Source of the DNA: Candidatus Fraserbacteria bacterium
Lineage (GTDB): Bacteria > Bipolaricaulota > Bipolaricaulia > RBG-16-55-9 > DRXL01
Direction: 5' to 3'
DNA length: 64,000 nucleotides
NCBI GenBank assembly: GCA_947085185.1
Contig: CAMTVK010000007.1
Span: 76,191 to 140,190, forward strand
Made by a program: the position numbers and the translations under genes. A model generated the notes under the pieces. It had not been told where the DNA came from. It saw nothing but the letters and a program-made list of their open reading frames with translations, and did no database searches. Shown here piece after piece: positions 10,099-20,000 of this stretch (position 1 is the first letter of the stretch; every line of letters starts with the position of its first letter).

Positions 10099-10403
10099 CC
10101 AAGCGCGTACCAAAGCGGTTGGAGGAAATCCTGGAGACGCTCCGCCAACACAAGACGGAACTGGCGGAGCGCTACGGGGTGCGGGAGATGGCCGTCTTCG
10201 GCTCCTATGCCCGCGGCGAGGCCGGGCCCGAGAGCGACCTGGACATTCTCGTGGAGTTCACCGACCCGCCGGGGCTCATTGGCTTCATCCGGCTGGAGAA
10301 CGAGCTCAGCGAACTCCTGGGCGTGCGGGTAGAACTGGTAACACGACAGGCGCTCAAGCGCCATATCGGCGAGCGAATTTTAGACGAGGCGGTGCCAGCA
10401 TGA
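10095..10403 (+). CDS. mntA: Minimal nucleotidyltransferase (MNT) antitoxin
   Basis: FGSYARGE...SDLD (GSX10DXD); ATGA overlap with methylase stop. Confidence 0.9.
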   Translation: MTKRVPKRLEEILETLRQHKTELAERYGVREMAVFGSYARGEAGPESDLDILVEFTDPPGLIGFIRLENELSELLGVRVELVTRQALKRHIGERILDEAVPA

Positions 10404-10744
10404 AGCGTGCGCTGAGGGATTATCTGGAAGATATGCTTTGCTCCGCTCGGGAAGCGCTGGAGTTCACCGAAGGGATGGACTTTGCCATGTTCTGCCATGA
10501 CCGGAAGACGTTCAATGCGGTGTTGCGTTCTTTGGAAGTGCTCGGCGAAGCGGCAAAGAAAATCCCGAAGCCGGTGCGCGCCAAATACCCCGACCTGCCC
10601 TGGCAGGAAATGGCGGGGATGCGCGATAAACTCATCCATGAGTATCACGGCGTGGATGAGCGAATCGTCTGGAAAACGGTTCGCGAGGACATTCCACCGT
10701 TGATACCTCTCTTGGAAAGAATCCTTCGGGAGGAGAGCCAATGA
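10400..10744 (+). CDS. hepT: HEPN (DUF86) RNase toxin
   Basis: RDKLIHEY (RX4HXY); coupled to MNT by ATGA. Confidence 0.9.
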   Translation: MKRALRDYLEDMLCSAREALEFTEGMDFAMFCHDRKTFNAVLRSLEVLGEAAKKIPKPVRAKYPDLPWQEMAGMRDKLIHEYHGVDERIVWKTVREDIPPLIPLLERILREESQ

Positions 10745-10834
10745 GCACTGGAAGTAGATTTGCTCACCCCCGGCTCATTTCGCCGCAAACCTCGCTTATG
10801 GGACCAGGTGAAGGAGGATTTGACCTATGTCTAA
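10741..10834 (+). pseudogene. Internally deleted second MNT
   Basis: ATG then out-of-frame EVDLLTPGSFRRKPRLWDQVKEDLTYV*, resembling an MNT C-terminus. Confidence 0.65.
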
Positions 10835-11012
10835 GCGCGATTGGACGTTCTTCCTTCAGGATATGCTGGAAAGCGTACAAGTGGGCTTGCGAAACCGTCT
10901 TGCCCATGCTTCCTTCGCTATCGACGACGAAATCGTCTGGGATATCGTGACTAACGAACTGCCCCTACTGAAAGAAAGATTGGAACGTATTCTCCGCGAG
11001 GTGCATGGATGA
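10827..11012 (+). pseudogene. Internally deleted second HEPN/DUF86 (61 aa, in frame)
   Basis: MSKRDWTFFLQDML joined to GLRNRLAH...DDEIVWDIV; middle of domain missing. Confidence 0.8.
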
Positions 11013-12283
11013 AGACCCTGCTGCTGCCACAGGTTACCCACGGCACCGCCACCGACCTGCCCTGGCCCGATAACTTCTTCGACGCCGTGCTCACCGACCC
11101 GCCCTACTACGATAACGTCCCCTACGCCGACCTTTCCGACTTTTTCTACGTCTGGCTCAAGCGCACCGTGGGCGACCTGTACCCCGACCTCTTCGCTACC
11201 CCGCTCACGCCGAAATCACAAGAGATGGTCGCCGACGCCAGCAAGGCGGGCGGTATGGATCAGGCCAAGCGCCGCTTTGAGGAGATGCTCACCCAGTCCT
11301 TCCGCGAGATCCACCGCGTGCTCAAGCCCGACGGGATCGCCGTGATCGTCTTTGCCCACAAGACGACCGCGGCCTGGGAGACGGTCATTCAAGCGCTCTT
11401 GGAGGCCGGCCTCTACATGACCGCCTCCTGGCCCATCCACACCGAGATGCAGGCGCGCTTGCGGGCGCAGGAGTCGGCGGCGCTGGCTTCTTCCATCTAC
11501 ATGGTCTGCCGCAAGCGCACTGTAGGGGCGGACGGCCGTCCGCCCATCGGCGAATTTGCCAAAGTGCGGCGGGAGATCGAAGAGCGGGTGCAGCGCAAAC
11601 TCGCCCAGTTCTGGGACGAGGGCATCCGCGGGGCGGACTTCTTCATGAGCGCCATAGGCCCGGCGGTGGAAGCCTTCGGCCGCTACGCCCGCGTGGAAAA
11701 ACTCTCCGGCGAGCCGGTCACGGTGACAGAACTGTTGGAGTACGTGCGCAAGGTGGTAAGCGAGTTTGCCTTGAGGCGCATCTTGAAAGAGGCGTACCGG
11801 GGCGGGGTGGATGCGCTCACGCAGTTGTATCTGCTGTGGCGCTGGACGTATAATCACGCGCGGGTGCCCTTTGATGAAGCCCGCAAACTCGCGGCCGGCG
11901 TCGGCGTGGAGCTCTCCCAACAGTGGGGTCCTGGAGGAATCGTGAGCAAACAGAAAGAGTACATCGTGATGCGCACCCCCCAAGACCGCGCCCAAGACGA
12001 GCGCTTCGCCCAGCACACGGAATTCCGCACCATGATCGATGCGCTCCATCGGGCTGTGGCCCTGTGGGAACGCAATCGGCAACGCGAGCTCCAGGAGCAC
12101 CTAGCGCAAACCTATGGGACCAATGAGGCGTTCTGGCAAGTGGCGCAAGCGATCAGCGAGGTGCTCCCCGACGGCGATAAAGAAAAACAAACGCTTCAGG
12201 GGCTTCTCTATAGGCACAGGTCCTATACCATACCCACCCCTGGCGAAACTCCACTCCCCTTTGAGAAAGGAGAGGCACCATGA
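11009..12283 (+). CDS. DUF1156-type adenine methyltransferase, C-terminal catalytic chain
   Basis: TDPPYYDNVPYADLSDFFYVW, RVLKPDG, SWPIHTE, ALASSI. Confidence 0.9.
   Translation: MKTLLLPQVTHGTATDLPWPDNFFDAVLTDPPYYDNVPYADLSDFFYVWLKRTVGDLYPDLFATPLTPKSQEMVADASKAGGMDQAKRRFEEMLTQSFREIHRVLKPDGIAVIVFAHKTTAAWETVIQALLEAGLYMTASWPIHTEMQARLRAQESAALASSIYMVCRKRTVGADGRPPIGEFAKVRREIEERVQRKLAQFWDEGIRGADFFMSAIGPAVEAFGRYARVEKLSGEPVTVTELLEYVRKVVSEFALRRILKEAYRGGVDALTQLYLLWRWTYNHARVPFDEARKLAAGVGVELSQQWGPGGIVSKQKEYIVMRTPQDRAQDERFAQHTEFRTMIDALHRAVALWERNRQRELQEHLAQTYGTNEAFWQVAQAISEVLPDGDKEKQTLQGLLYRHRSYTIPTPGETPLPFEKGEAP
11522..11545 (+). repeat. In-frame GTAG-type REP
   Basis: GTAG followed by perfect 20-bp palindrome GGGCGGACGGCCGTCCGCCC. 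Confidence 0.75.
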
Positions 12284-14901
12284 AGCCATGGTATCACACG
12301 ATCACCCCCCATCGGGACATCCGCGAGGGAAAGTTTGACGAATCGGTCTTCGCCGCCGATCTCTCGGACGTCATGGCCGGTCGAGCATCGGTGGAGTATC
12401 GCGATCCGGTCACGTTCTTTCGCAAGACCTACCCGACGCACGGCTTGAGGAACTTGCTTGCCGCGGTGCTGAAGCGGCTCTCCGGCTCAGGCCACGGGGA
12501 GAGCGTCATCCAAATCCAGACCCCCTTCGGCGGTGGCAAGACCCACAGCTTGATCGCGCTCTATCACGTGTTCAAGCACGCCCAAGAGCTTGAGGGTGTG
12601 GAGACCGTGGCGGAGATCCTCAAGGAAGCCCATACAGAAACAATCCCGCAGACACGGGTGGTGAGCTTTGTCGGGACCGCCCTTGATGCGCTTGGGGGCC
12701 GGACGCCCTGGGGCGAACTGGCGCATCAGTTGGAAGAGTACGAACAGCTCAAGGAGCATGATCGGCGGCGCCGCACCCCAGGGAAGGATCTCTTGCACAA
12801 GCTCTTGCACGGCGAGCCAACCCTGATCCTCATGGATGAGCTCGCTGAATATGCCGTGAAAGCCAAGGACTTCCGCGACCAGGTGGTGGCGTTCATGCAG
12901 GAGCTCACCGAGACCGTGAAGGTGCTGCCCCGCTGCGCACTGGTGGTGACGCTGCCCTCCAGTGCCCCCTACGGTGAAGAAGGCGAACGTGCGCTCCACG
13001 AACTGCAGCAGATCTTCAAGCGCGTGGAGACCATCAAAACCCCGGTGGAAGGGGAGGAGATCTACGAAGTCATCCGCAGGCGACTCTTTGAAGATCACGG
13101 GGATGAAAGAGAGATCAGGCGCGTCGCCGAAGCCTACTGGGAGCTGTACCAACGCTTAGGGGACGATGTGCCCCGCGAGGTGCGCGAGCTGGCATATCGG
13201 GAACGGATGCGCAAGGCCTATCCGTTTCATCCCGAACTGATCGACGTGCTGTTTGAGCGCTGGAGCACCTTTCCCGATTTTCAGCGCACGCGCGGCGTGT
13301 TGCGCCTGCTGGCCCAGATCGTGGCCGAGCTGTACCGGCAGCAGCATCCCGCGCCGCTCATCCAACCCTGCCACATCAACCTGACCGATCCGGCCATACG
13401 CGCCGAGTTCTTGCGACACATCGGCAACGAGTACCAGGGCGTGATCGCCTCGGACATCGGCGGCCCCAACGCCAAGGCTGAGAAGATCGATCGGGAGATG
13501 GGCTCGGAATACGCACGGTTCCGCATTGCCAGCGGGGTGGCACGAGCGATCTTCTTTGCTTCCTTCAGCGGCTCAGAGAAGAAAGGCGTCGGGATTCAGC
13601 GGCTGCGGCTTGCGGTACTCACCCCCGAAATACCCCCAGCGATCGTCAGCGATGCCCTGCGCCGCCTGGAAGATGAGCTATGGTATCTGCATACGGAAGG
13701 GGGGCTCTATTCGTTCTCCAGCCAGCCCAATCTCAACCGGGTGATCATCGAACGAGAGGAAGCGATCAAACCGGAGCAGATAGAAGAAGAGATCGAGAGA
13801 CGCCTGGAGCACCTGGCGGGCAGGGACATAGAGGTACGGCTCTTCCCCCACGATACGCACGATGTGCCCGATACCAAAGAGCTGAAGCTTGCTGTCCTTC
13901 CGCTGGACTATCCTCGCCAAGCCAGCCAAACGGAAGAATTCGCAAAGAACCTGCTCACCAAGTGTGGACAGACCTTCCGGGTCTATCGGAACACCTTGGT
14001 GCTGCTTGGTGCCGATGACAGAGAGCTCGCTTCCCTGCGCGAGAATGCCAAACGCTGGCTCGCGCTGCAGACTATTGCCGACGACAAGGAGCTGATGCGG
14101 CGGCTTTCGGATGAGAACAAGAGATGGCTGGAGACCAAGCGCAAGGATGCCGAAGGCAAGACGGGGTTTCAGCTCCTCAGTGCCTTCAGGCATCTTGCGA
14201 AAGCCGGTGTGGAGAGCACAGGCAGCGTGGAGTGGCACGATCTGGGCATTCCCACAGCAGGAGAAAAGACATCCCTGGCGTCTCGGGTGCGTGAGTACCT
14301 GCACACCCAGGAGCTCTTGCTGGAGAAGCTGTCTCCAAGGCGTCTTGTAGAAAAAGCCTGGCCCCCCGAAGACCAAGAAACACCGATCGAAGAGATCATC
14401 GAGGCGTTTCGCAAGTATCCGAACCTCCCCATGATCAGTGGGGCCCATGCCGTTTTGGATGCCATCGTCCAGGGGGTGCAAGAGGGTATATGGGGCGTGC
14501 GGGTTGGCGAGAAGATATACTTCCGTGAGGCCGTTCCCCGCTCGGCACTGGAAGGGGACGCGGTCTTGGTGCGGGCGGGGCATATCCCCGTATCGCCGCC
14601 AGCACCGCAAGAAATCGAATCTTCTACGACCCTACAGCCAACACCCGCCCCGCCGCCCCCTGCACCTCGCCAAGGGATCCAAACCTACTCTTTGCGGGCC
14701 AAAGTGCCATGGGACAAGCTCTCGGATTTTGTGCGCGGGGTCGTGACCCCCCTGCGGCAGGACGGCGCAGAGCTGGAGATTGAAGTCTCCCTCCAAGCCC
14801 ACACCCAATCCCAGGGGATCAAGAATCAGACGCTCGAACAGAAAGTGCGCGAGACACTCAAGCAGATCGGCGCCGAACTCCTAGATGAGTCGCAAGGGTG
14901 A
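12280..14901 (+). CDS. DUF499 AAA+ ATPase
   Basis: FAADL, FFRKTY, QTPFGGGKTH, ILMDE, YPFHPE, FQRTRGVLR. Confidence 0.9.
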   Translation: MKPWYHTITPHRDIREGKFDESVFAADLSDVMAGRASVEYRDPVTFFRKTYPTHGLRNLLAAVLKRLSGSGHGESVIQIQTPFGGGKTHSLIALYHVFKHAQELEGVETVAEILKEAHTETIPQTRVVSFVGTALDALGGRTPWGELAHQLEEYEQLKEHDRRRRTPGKDLLHKLLHGEPTLILMDELAEYAVKAKDFRDQVVAFMQELTETVKVLPRCALVVTLPSSAPYGEEGERALHELQQIFKRVETIKTPVEGEEIYEVIRRRLFEDHGDEREIRRVAEAYWELYQRLGDDVPREVRELAYRERMRKAYPFHPELIDVLFERWSTFPDFQRTRGVLRLLAQIVAELYRQQHPAPLIQPCHINLTDPAIRAEFLRHIGNEYQGVIASDIGGPNAKAEKIDREMGSEYARFRIASGVARAIFFASFSGSEKKGVGIQRLRLAVLTPEIPPAIVSDALRRLEDELWYLHTEGGLYSFSSQPNLNRVIIEREEAIKPEQIEEEIERRLEHLAGRDIEVRLFPHDTHDVPDTKELKLAVLPLDYPRQASQTEEFAKNLLTKCGQTFRVYRNTLVLLGADDRELASLRENAKRWLALQTIADDKELMRRLSDENKRWLETKRKDAEGKTGFQLLSAFRHLAKAGVESTGSVEWHDLGIPTAGEKTSLASRVREYLHTQELLLEKLSPRRLVEKAWPPEDQETPIEEIIEAFRKYPNLPMISGAHAVLDAIVQGVQEGIWGVRVGEKIYFREAVPRSALEGDAVLVRAGHIPVSPPAPQEIESSTTLQPTPAPPPPAPRQGIQTYSLRAKVPWDKLSDFVRGVVTPLRQDGAELEIEVSLQAHTQSQGIKNQTLEQKVRETLKQIGAELLDESQG

Positions 14902-14914
14902 TCGAAACCTCGTG

Positions 14915-15157
14915 CTACACACTCTCCGTCAGGGCACGACGCAGTCTCTCAACGTCCACCCGATGCCGACAGAGCTCTCCCCCCTCCAGCACCACCACGG
15001 GAATATCATACCGATAGCGCTCCAACAGCTCCGCGCTCTGAGTAATATCTTGCAACACCAACTCGAAGGGGATCTCCCTCTGAAGCTCGCGCAGCACCCG
15101 CTCGGCCTCATGACAGAGATGACAGTCGGGCTTCGTGTAGAGCGTGAGAGTCTTCAT
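14915..15157 (-). CDS. Glutaredoxin-like protein (DUF836 type)
   Basis: LYTKPDCHLC...IPVV. Confidence 0.85.
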   Translation of the reverse strand: MKTLTLYTKPDCHLCHEAERVLRELQREIPFELVLQDITQSAELLERYRYDIPVVVLEGGELCRHRVDVERLRRALTESV

Positions 15158-16122
15158 ACACCCTCCCTCAAAATAATGCGAAAGCGATGGGGCTCGACTT
15201 GACTCACTTTTCCGGCACGCTCAAGCTCCTCTAAATGAGCATAGACCTCTCCGGCTCCCAAGAGCACGTGATAGTCCTTGAGTCGGCCAAAGAGCTTCTG
15301 AGCGAGCTCAAACGCCGTGCGCGCCTGACCGTCGCTCAAGATCTTTACGATGCGCTCGGACCGCTCACGATGATGCTGAAGGATCCTCTCGATGCGCGGG
15401 CGGGGGTCGGTCCACGGGCGCCCATGGCCCGGCCAGATCTCCAGGCTACGGGCACCCGGCAACGCGAGAATCTTCTCCAATGAGCTCAAAAATTTCCCCA
15501 ACTGCCCCCCCGACGTGACGTCCGTCCCACCCACGTTCGACGTATACGTCGGCAACAGATGGTCCCCGGTGAAGAGCTTTTCTCCAAGGAGAAAGCACAC
15601 CGAGCCTTGGGTGTGGCCGGGAGTGTGCAGGACGTGTAATTCCAGATCGCCAAAGCGCAACAGTTGGCCGTCGCTCATCGTTTGTGCCCCAGGGACGGAG
15701 CGGGCAAGCCCCGCAAGGTGCGCACGAAAGCCCGCGATCTGCCCAATGATCTCGTCGGGAATTCCCCAGCGCCGCATCGCCTCAAGATAGAGCTGGGAGA
15801 CGAGCTCCTGGCGCTCCGCAAAGCACGCCACGTCGGCCCAATCGTCGCGGTGCACATAGACGGCGGCTCCGGACTCATCTTGAATGGCGCGGGCGAGCCC
15901 GCAGTGATCGATATGTTTATGGGTCAGCAAGATCGCCCCAATATCTTTGAGGGAGCAGCCGTGCTGGGCCAGCTCGCGACGCAATAAGTCCAAAGACTCT
16001 GCAGTGCCGATGCCCGTGTCTATGAGCACCGCGGGGCTGTGCGGGCTGCGAATCAAAAAGACGTTGGACGGATCCTCAAAATACGGGTTGGGAATGGCAA
16101 TCTGATGGAGAGCTACGCTCAT
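15154..16122 (-). CDS. MBL-fold metallo-hydrolase
   Basis: THKHIDH, TPGH, GDH, PGHG. Confidence 0.9.
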   Translation of the reverse strand: MSVALHQIAIPNPYFEDPSNVFLIRSPHSPAVLIDTGIGTAESLDLLRRELAQHGCSLKDIGAILLTHKHIDHCGLARAIQDESGAAVYVHRDDWADVACFAERQELVSQLYLEAMRRWGIPDEIIGQIAGFRAHLAGLARSVPGAQTMSDGQLLRFGDLELHVLHTPGHTQGSVCFLLGEKLFTGDHLLPTYTSNVGGTDVTSGGQLGKFLSSLEKILALPGARSLEIWPGHGRPWTDPRPRIERILQHHRERSERIVKILSDGQARTAFELAQKLFGRLKDYHVLLGAGEVYAHLEELERAGKVSQVEPHRFRIILREGV

Positions 16123-16244
16123 AGCACGTCTATCTTAGCAAGGACCAGAGAAAATCACAACATCCGGGTGGCAGCTTCCCACAAAACTCGATAGAATTTT
16201 TATGAATCTGCCAGAATGAACGAGATCGATGGAGAGGAGCCCTC

Positions 16245-16652
16245 ATGGAACGCGCGTTCGTCATGCTCAAACCCGATGCTGTCCGACGCCGACTGATCGG
16301 CGAAATTATTAAGCGCATCGAAGCGAAAAATCTCACCATCACGGCGATGAAGATGATACGTATAGACAGAGCACTTGCGGAAACCCACTACGGCGAACAT
16401 CGGGAAAAACCGTTCTTCAAAGAGCTTGTAGACTTTGTGACCAGCGGGCCTGCCGTCGCCATGATCGTCGAAGGCCCCCATGCGATCAGCGTGATGCGCA
16501 CCCTGATGGGGGCGACCAACCCGTTCACGGCTGCGCCTGGGACGATTCGCGGGGATTTTGGGCTCGATCTGACGCAAAATCTCATCCATGGCTCCGACTC
16601 CCCCCAGTCGGCCCAGCGCGAGCTCGCCCTGTTCTTCCCGGAAGAGACCTAA
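16245..16652 (+). CDS. ndk: Nucleoside-diphosphate kinase
   Basis: KPDAV, PGTIRGDF, NLIHGSDS. Confidence 0.97.
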   Translation: MERAFVMLKPDAVRRRLIGEIIKRIEAKNLTITAMKMIRIDRALAETHYGEHREKPFFKELVDFVTSGPAVAMIVEGPHAISVMRTLMGATNPFTAAPGTIRGDFGLDLTQNLIHGSDSPQSAQRELALFFPEET

Positions 16653-16789
16653 TCACCAGAGCAAGCGCCATTTGCACGGTCCTGGACTTTCTGCTATACT
16701 TGTCGGACCGATGGCGGTTTGTGGGTTGGACTCCGTGAGAACTCTCTCTCTTCCAGAACTTTGTGCATGAACTCCATGGGGGGATGCGT

Positions 16790-17023
16790 ATGCCGTTGTA
16801 TCGCTATCTCTGTGAGACGTGCGGACATAGCTTTAGCGTGCTCGACTCATTCGAGAGCCCCGACCAGCGCGATTGCGAGGAGTGCGGCGCCTCACGAGCC
16901 CGCCGTCTCCCCTCGCGCGTCGGCATCCAATACAAGGGCACAGGGTTTTACACGACCACCTATAGACGGAAAGGCTCGGAATCCAAAGACGCAGCCCAAA
17001 CGGCCAACCGAACAGACACCTAG
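16790..17023 (+). CDS. FmdB-family zinc ribbon protein
   Basis: MPLYRYLCxxC...CxxC...KGTGFY. Confidence 0.85.
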   Translation: MPLYRYLCETCGHSFSVLDSFESPDQRDCEECGASRARRLPSRVGIQYKGTGFYTTTYRRKGSESKDAAQTANRTDT

Positions 17024-17044
17024 CAGCGCGAAGGGGGAGCAGAC

Positions 17045-20000
17045 GTGATCAGCGGGGACGACATCGCCAAACTGCGTATTGGTTTGGCCTCACCTGAGGA
17101 GATCAAGAGCTGGTCTCGCGGGGAGGTCACCGAATCCGAGACGATCAATTACAGGACGCATAAGGCCGAGCGCGGCGGCCTCTTCGCCGAGGAGATCTTC
17201 GGCCCGGAGAACGACTACGAGTGCGCCTGCGGAAAGTACCGTGGGCGCAAGCACGAAGGGATCACATGCGAAAAGTGCGGGGTGCTCGTCACAAGCTCCG
17301 ACGTGCGCCGCTCCAATATGGCCCACGTGGAGCTCGCCAGCCCCGTCGTCCATTTTTGGTATCTGAAGGGGATCTCCTCGCCCTTGAGCACCTTGCTGGG
17401 CATCAAGCGCGCGACCCTCAAAAAGATCGCGTATTACGAAACAACCCCCATCGAAGAAGAGATGTACATCGTCACCCAGTCGGGCTCTGGGGATTTCTCC
17501 AAGGGCGACATCGTCTACGGGACGCAGTTGCATATCTTGGGGGAGAAGAAGAAATTCACGGCAGAGCGCCTGTACGCCCTCGAGAGCGACTTTACGATCT
17601 CCGCTGAGGGCGACGGGAAGGTCTCGTTTGAGAAGATCAAGCTCGAAAACGGCGAGGAGCTGAAGCTCATCAAGCTCGCCAATGCCACGAAAGCCTTCCC
17701 TGTGCCGCTCAACGCGGAGATGCTTGTGCAGTCCGGCGAGAAAGCCCAGGTCGGCCAGCCCCTGGCACGCCTGCTCAAAGAAGAGTATCTCAGCGAGACG
17801 ACTTTTAACTTCCTCAAGAGCGTCTACCCCGACCTCAAGGGCAAAAAAGTCATAGAAACCGTGGACAGCTTGATCTACCTCGTCACGAGCGTCAAGAGCC
17901 CCCACGTGCCTCTCAAAGTTGGGGATCGCCTCTGGGAGCTCGAAAAGAGCGCTTATGAGAAGCTCTACCCGGGGCAGTTTGAAGCCGAGACTGGGGCTGC
18001 AGGGATCAAGGGCGTCTTAGCGAACTTAGACTTAGCTGCTCTGGAAGCTGAACTCCATGCGATGATCGCGCAAGAGCCCACCGAGGGCAAGCGCAAACGC
18101 CTCCTCAAGCGCCTCGAGATCGTCCAGCAAGTGCGCCGCAGCGGCAACCACCCCCAAAATATGGTGCTCAGTGTTATCCCAATCTTGCCCCCGGAGCTGC
18201 GCCCCATCGTCCAATTAGAGGGCGGCAAGTTCGCCACCACCGATCTCAACGACCTCTACCGACGGATCATCAACAGAAATAACAGGCTGAAAAAGCTCTT
18301 AGAGATGGGCGCTCCCGAAGTGATCTTGCGCAACGAGCGCAGAATGCTCCAAGAGGCCGTGGACGCACTCATCCACAACGAGAAGAAAGACAACCCCATC
18401 TTAGGACGAGACAATCGCCCCTTAAAATCTTTGAGCGAACGCATCCAGGGCAAGCACGGGCGACTGCGAAGAAATCTCCTTGGCAAGAGAGTTGACTACT
18501 CTGGCCGCGCGGTCATCGTCGTCAACCCCAAGCTCAAACTTCATCAGTGTGGCCTGCCCAAGAAGATGGCCTTAGAGCTTTTTAAGCCCTTTATCCTCTC
18601 ACGCCTGGGCGTGACGGCCATCTCAAACTTTGACGACGTCAAGAACAAAGCGCTCTCCGGAGAGATGCCCGAGGTCTGGGATATCCTCGAGCAGCTCGTC
18701 AAAGAGCACCCGGTCCTGCTCAATCGCGCTCCCACCCTGCACCGCCTGGGCATCCAAGGGTTCGAGCCGGTCTTGGTCGACGGGGAGTCCATTCAGATTC
18801 ACCCGTTTGTCTGCCGCCCCTACAACGCTGACTTCGACGGCGACATGATGGCCGTGCATCTGCCCCTCAGCAAAGAAGCGATCCAAGAGACGCGCGAGAT
18901 CATGCTCTCGTCCAAGAATATCCTCTCCCCGGCCAACGGCAAGCCCCTCAGCATCCCCACCCAGGACGCGATCTTCGCCTATTACTATCTGTCCATACTC
19001 GATCCAAACGGCTTGGGCAAGGGCAAGTATTTTGCCAATCTTGCCGAAGCCCAGCGCGCCTACGAAGAGAAACTCATCTCGCTCCATGCCCCCATCAAAA
19101 TTCGCATAGACGGCAAGCTCATAGACACAACCCTTGGACGCGCCCTGCTCAATACGGCCTTCCCCCCGGATCTGCGCGACTACGGAAAAACTTTCGATTC
19201 CGATGCCATCAATGCGCTCATCATGGAATGCTATTTCAAGCACGGCTTAGAGCGCACCGTGCAGCTCCTCGATGACCTCAAAGACTTAGGGTTCTCGTTT
19301 GCGACCAGATCGGGATTGACCATCTCTGTGCGCGACTGCTTAATTCCCCCTGAAAAAGAAGCGATTCTCGCCGAAGCGCGGCAGCGCGTCGCCAAGATCA
19401 ACGAGCGCTACGAGCGCGGTCTCGTCACCGACGAAGAGCGCAAGACCAAGATCATAGAAGTCTGGATGGAAACCGTGGACAAGATCGCCGACGCCACCAT
19501 GAAGAACCTCGCCCAGCACCCATTCAACCCGATCTATATGATCGTGGAGTCTGGGGCGCGCGGCAGCGCCACCCAAGTGAAGCAGCTCTCCGGGATGCGC
19601 GGCCCCATGAGCGACCCCTCCGGACGCATCATCGAGATGCCGGTCATCTCCAACTTCCGTGAAGGGCTGAACGTCATCGAGTACTTCATCAGCACGCACG
19701 GCGGACGCAAGGGCACCGCCGACACGGCCTTGAAGACTGCCGACTCAGGATATCTGACCCGACGCTTAGTGGACGCCACAGAAGAGCTGATCGTGAAGGC
19801 TGAAGATTGTGGGACGACCGAGGGCATCGAGATAGACCCGCTCTATTATACCAAACCTCACGAGGTCATGGAGACTATCGAGGAACGCATCTACGGGCGT
19901 GTGCTGGCCCAAGATCTCGTCTTTCTGGGCCAGACCCTGATGAAGCGCGGTGAGGTCTTCGATCGTGAGAAAGCCCAGCGCATCGGAGGGCTCCAAGCCG

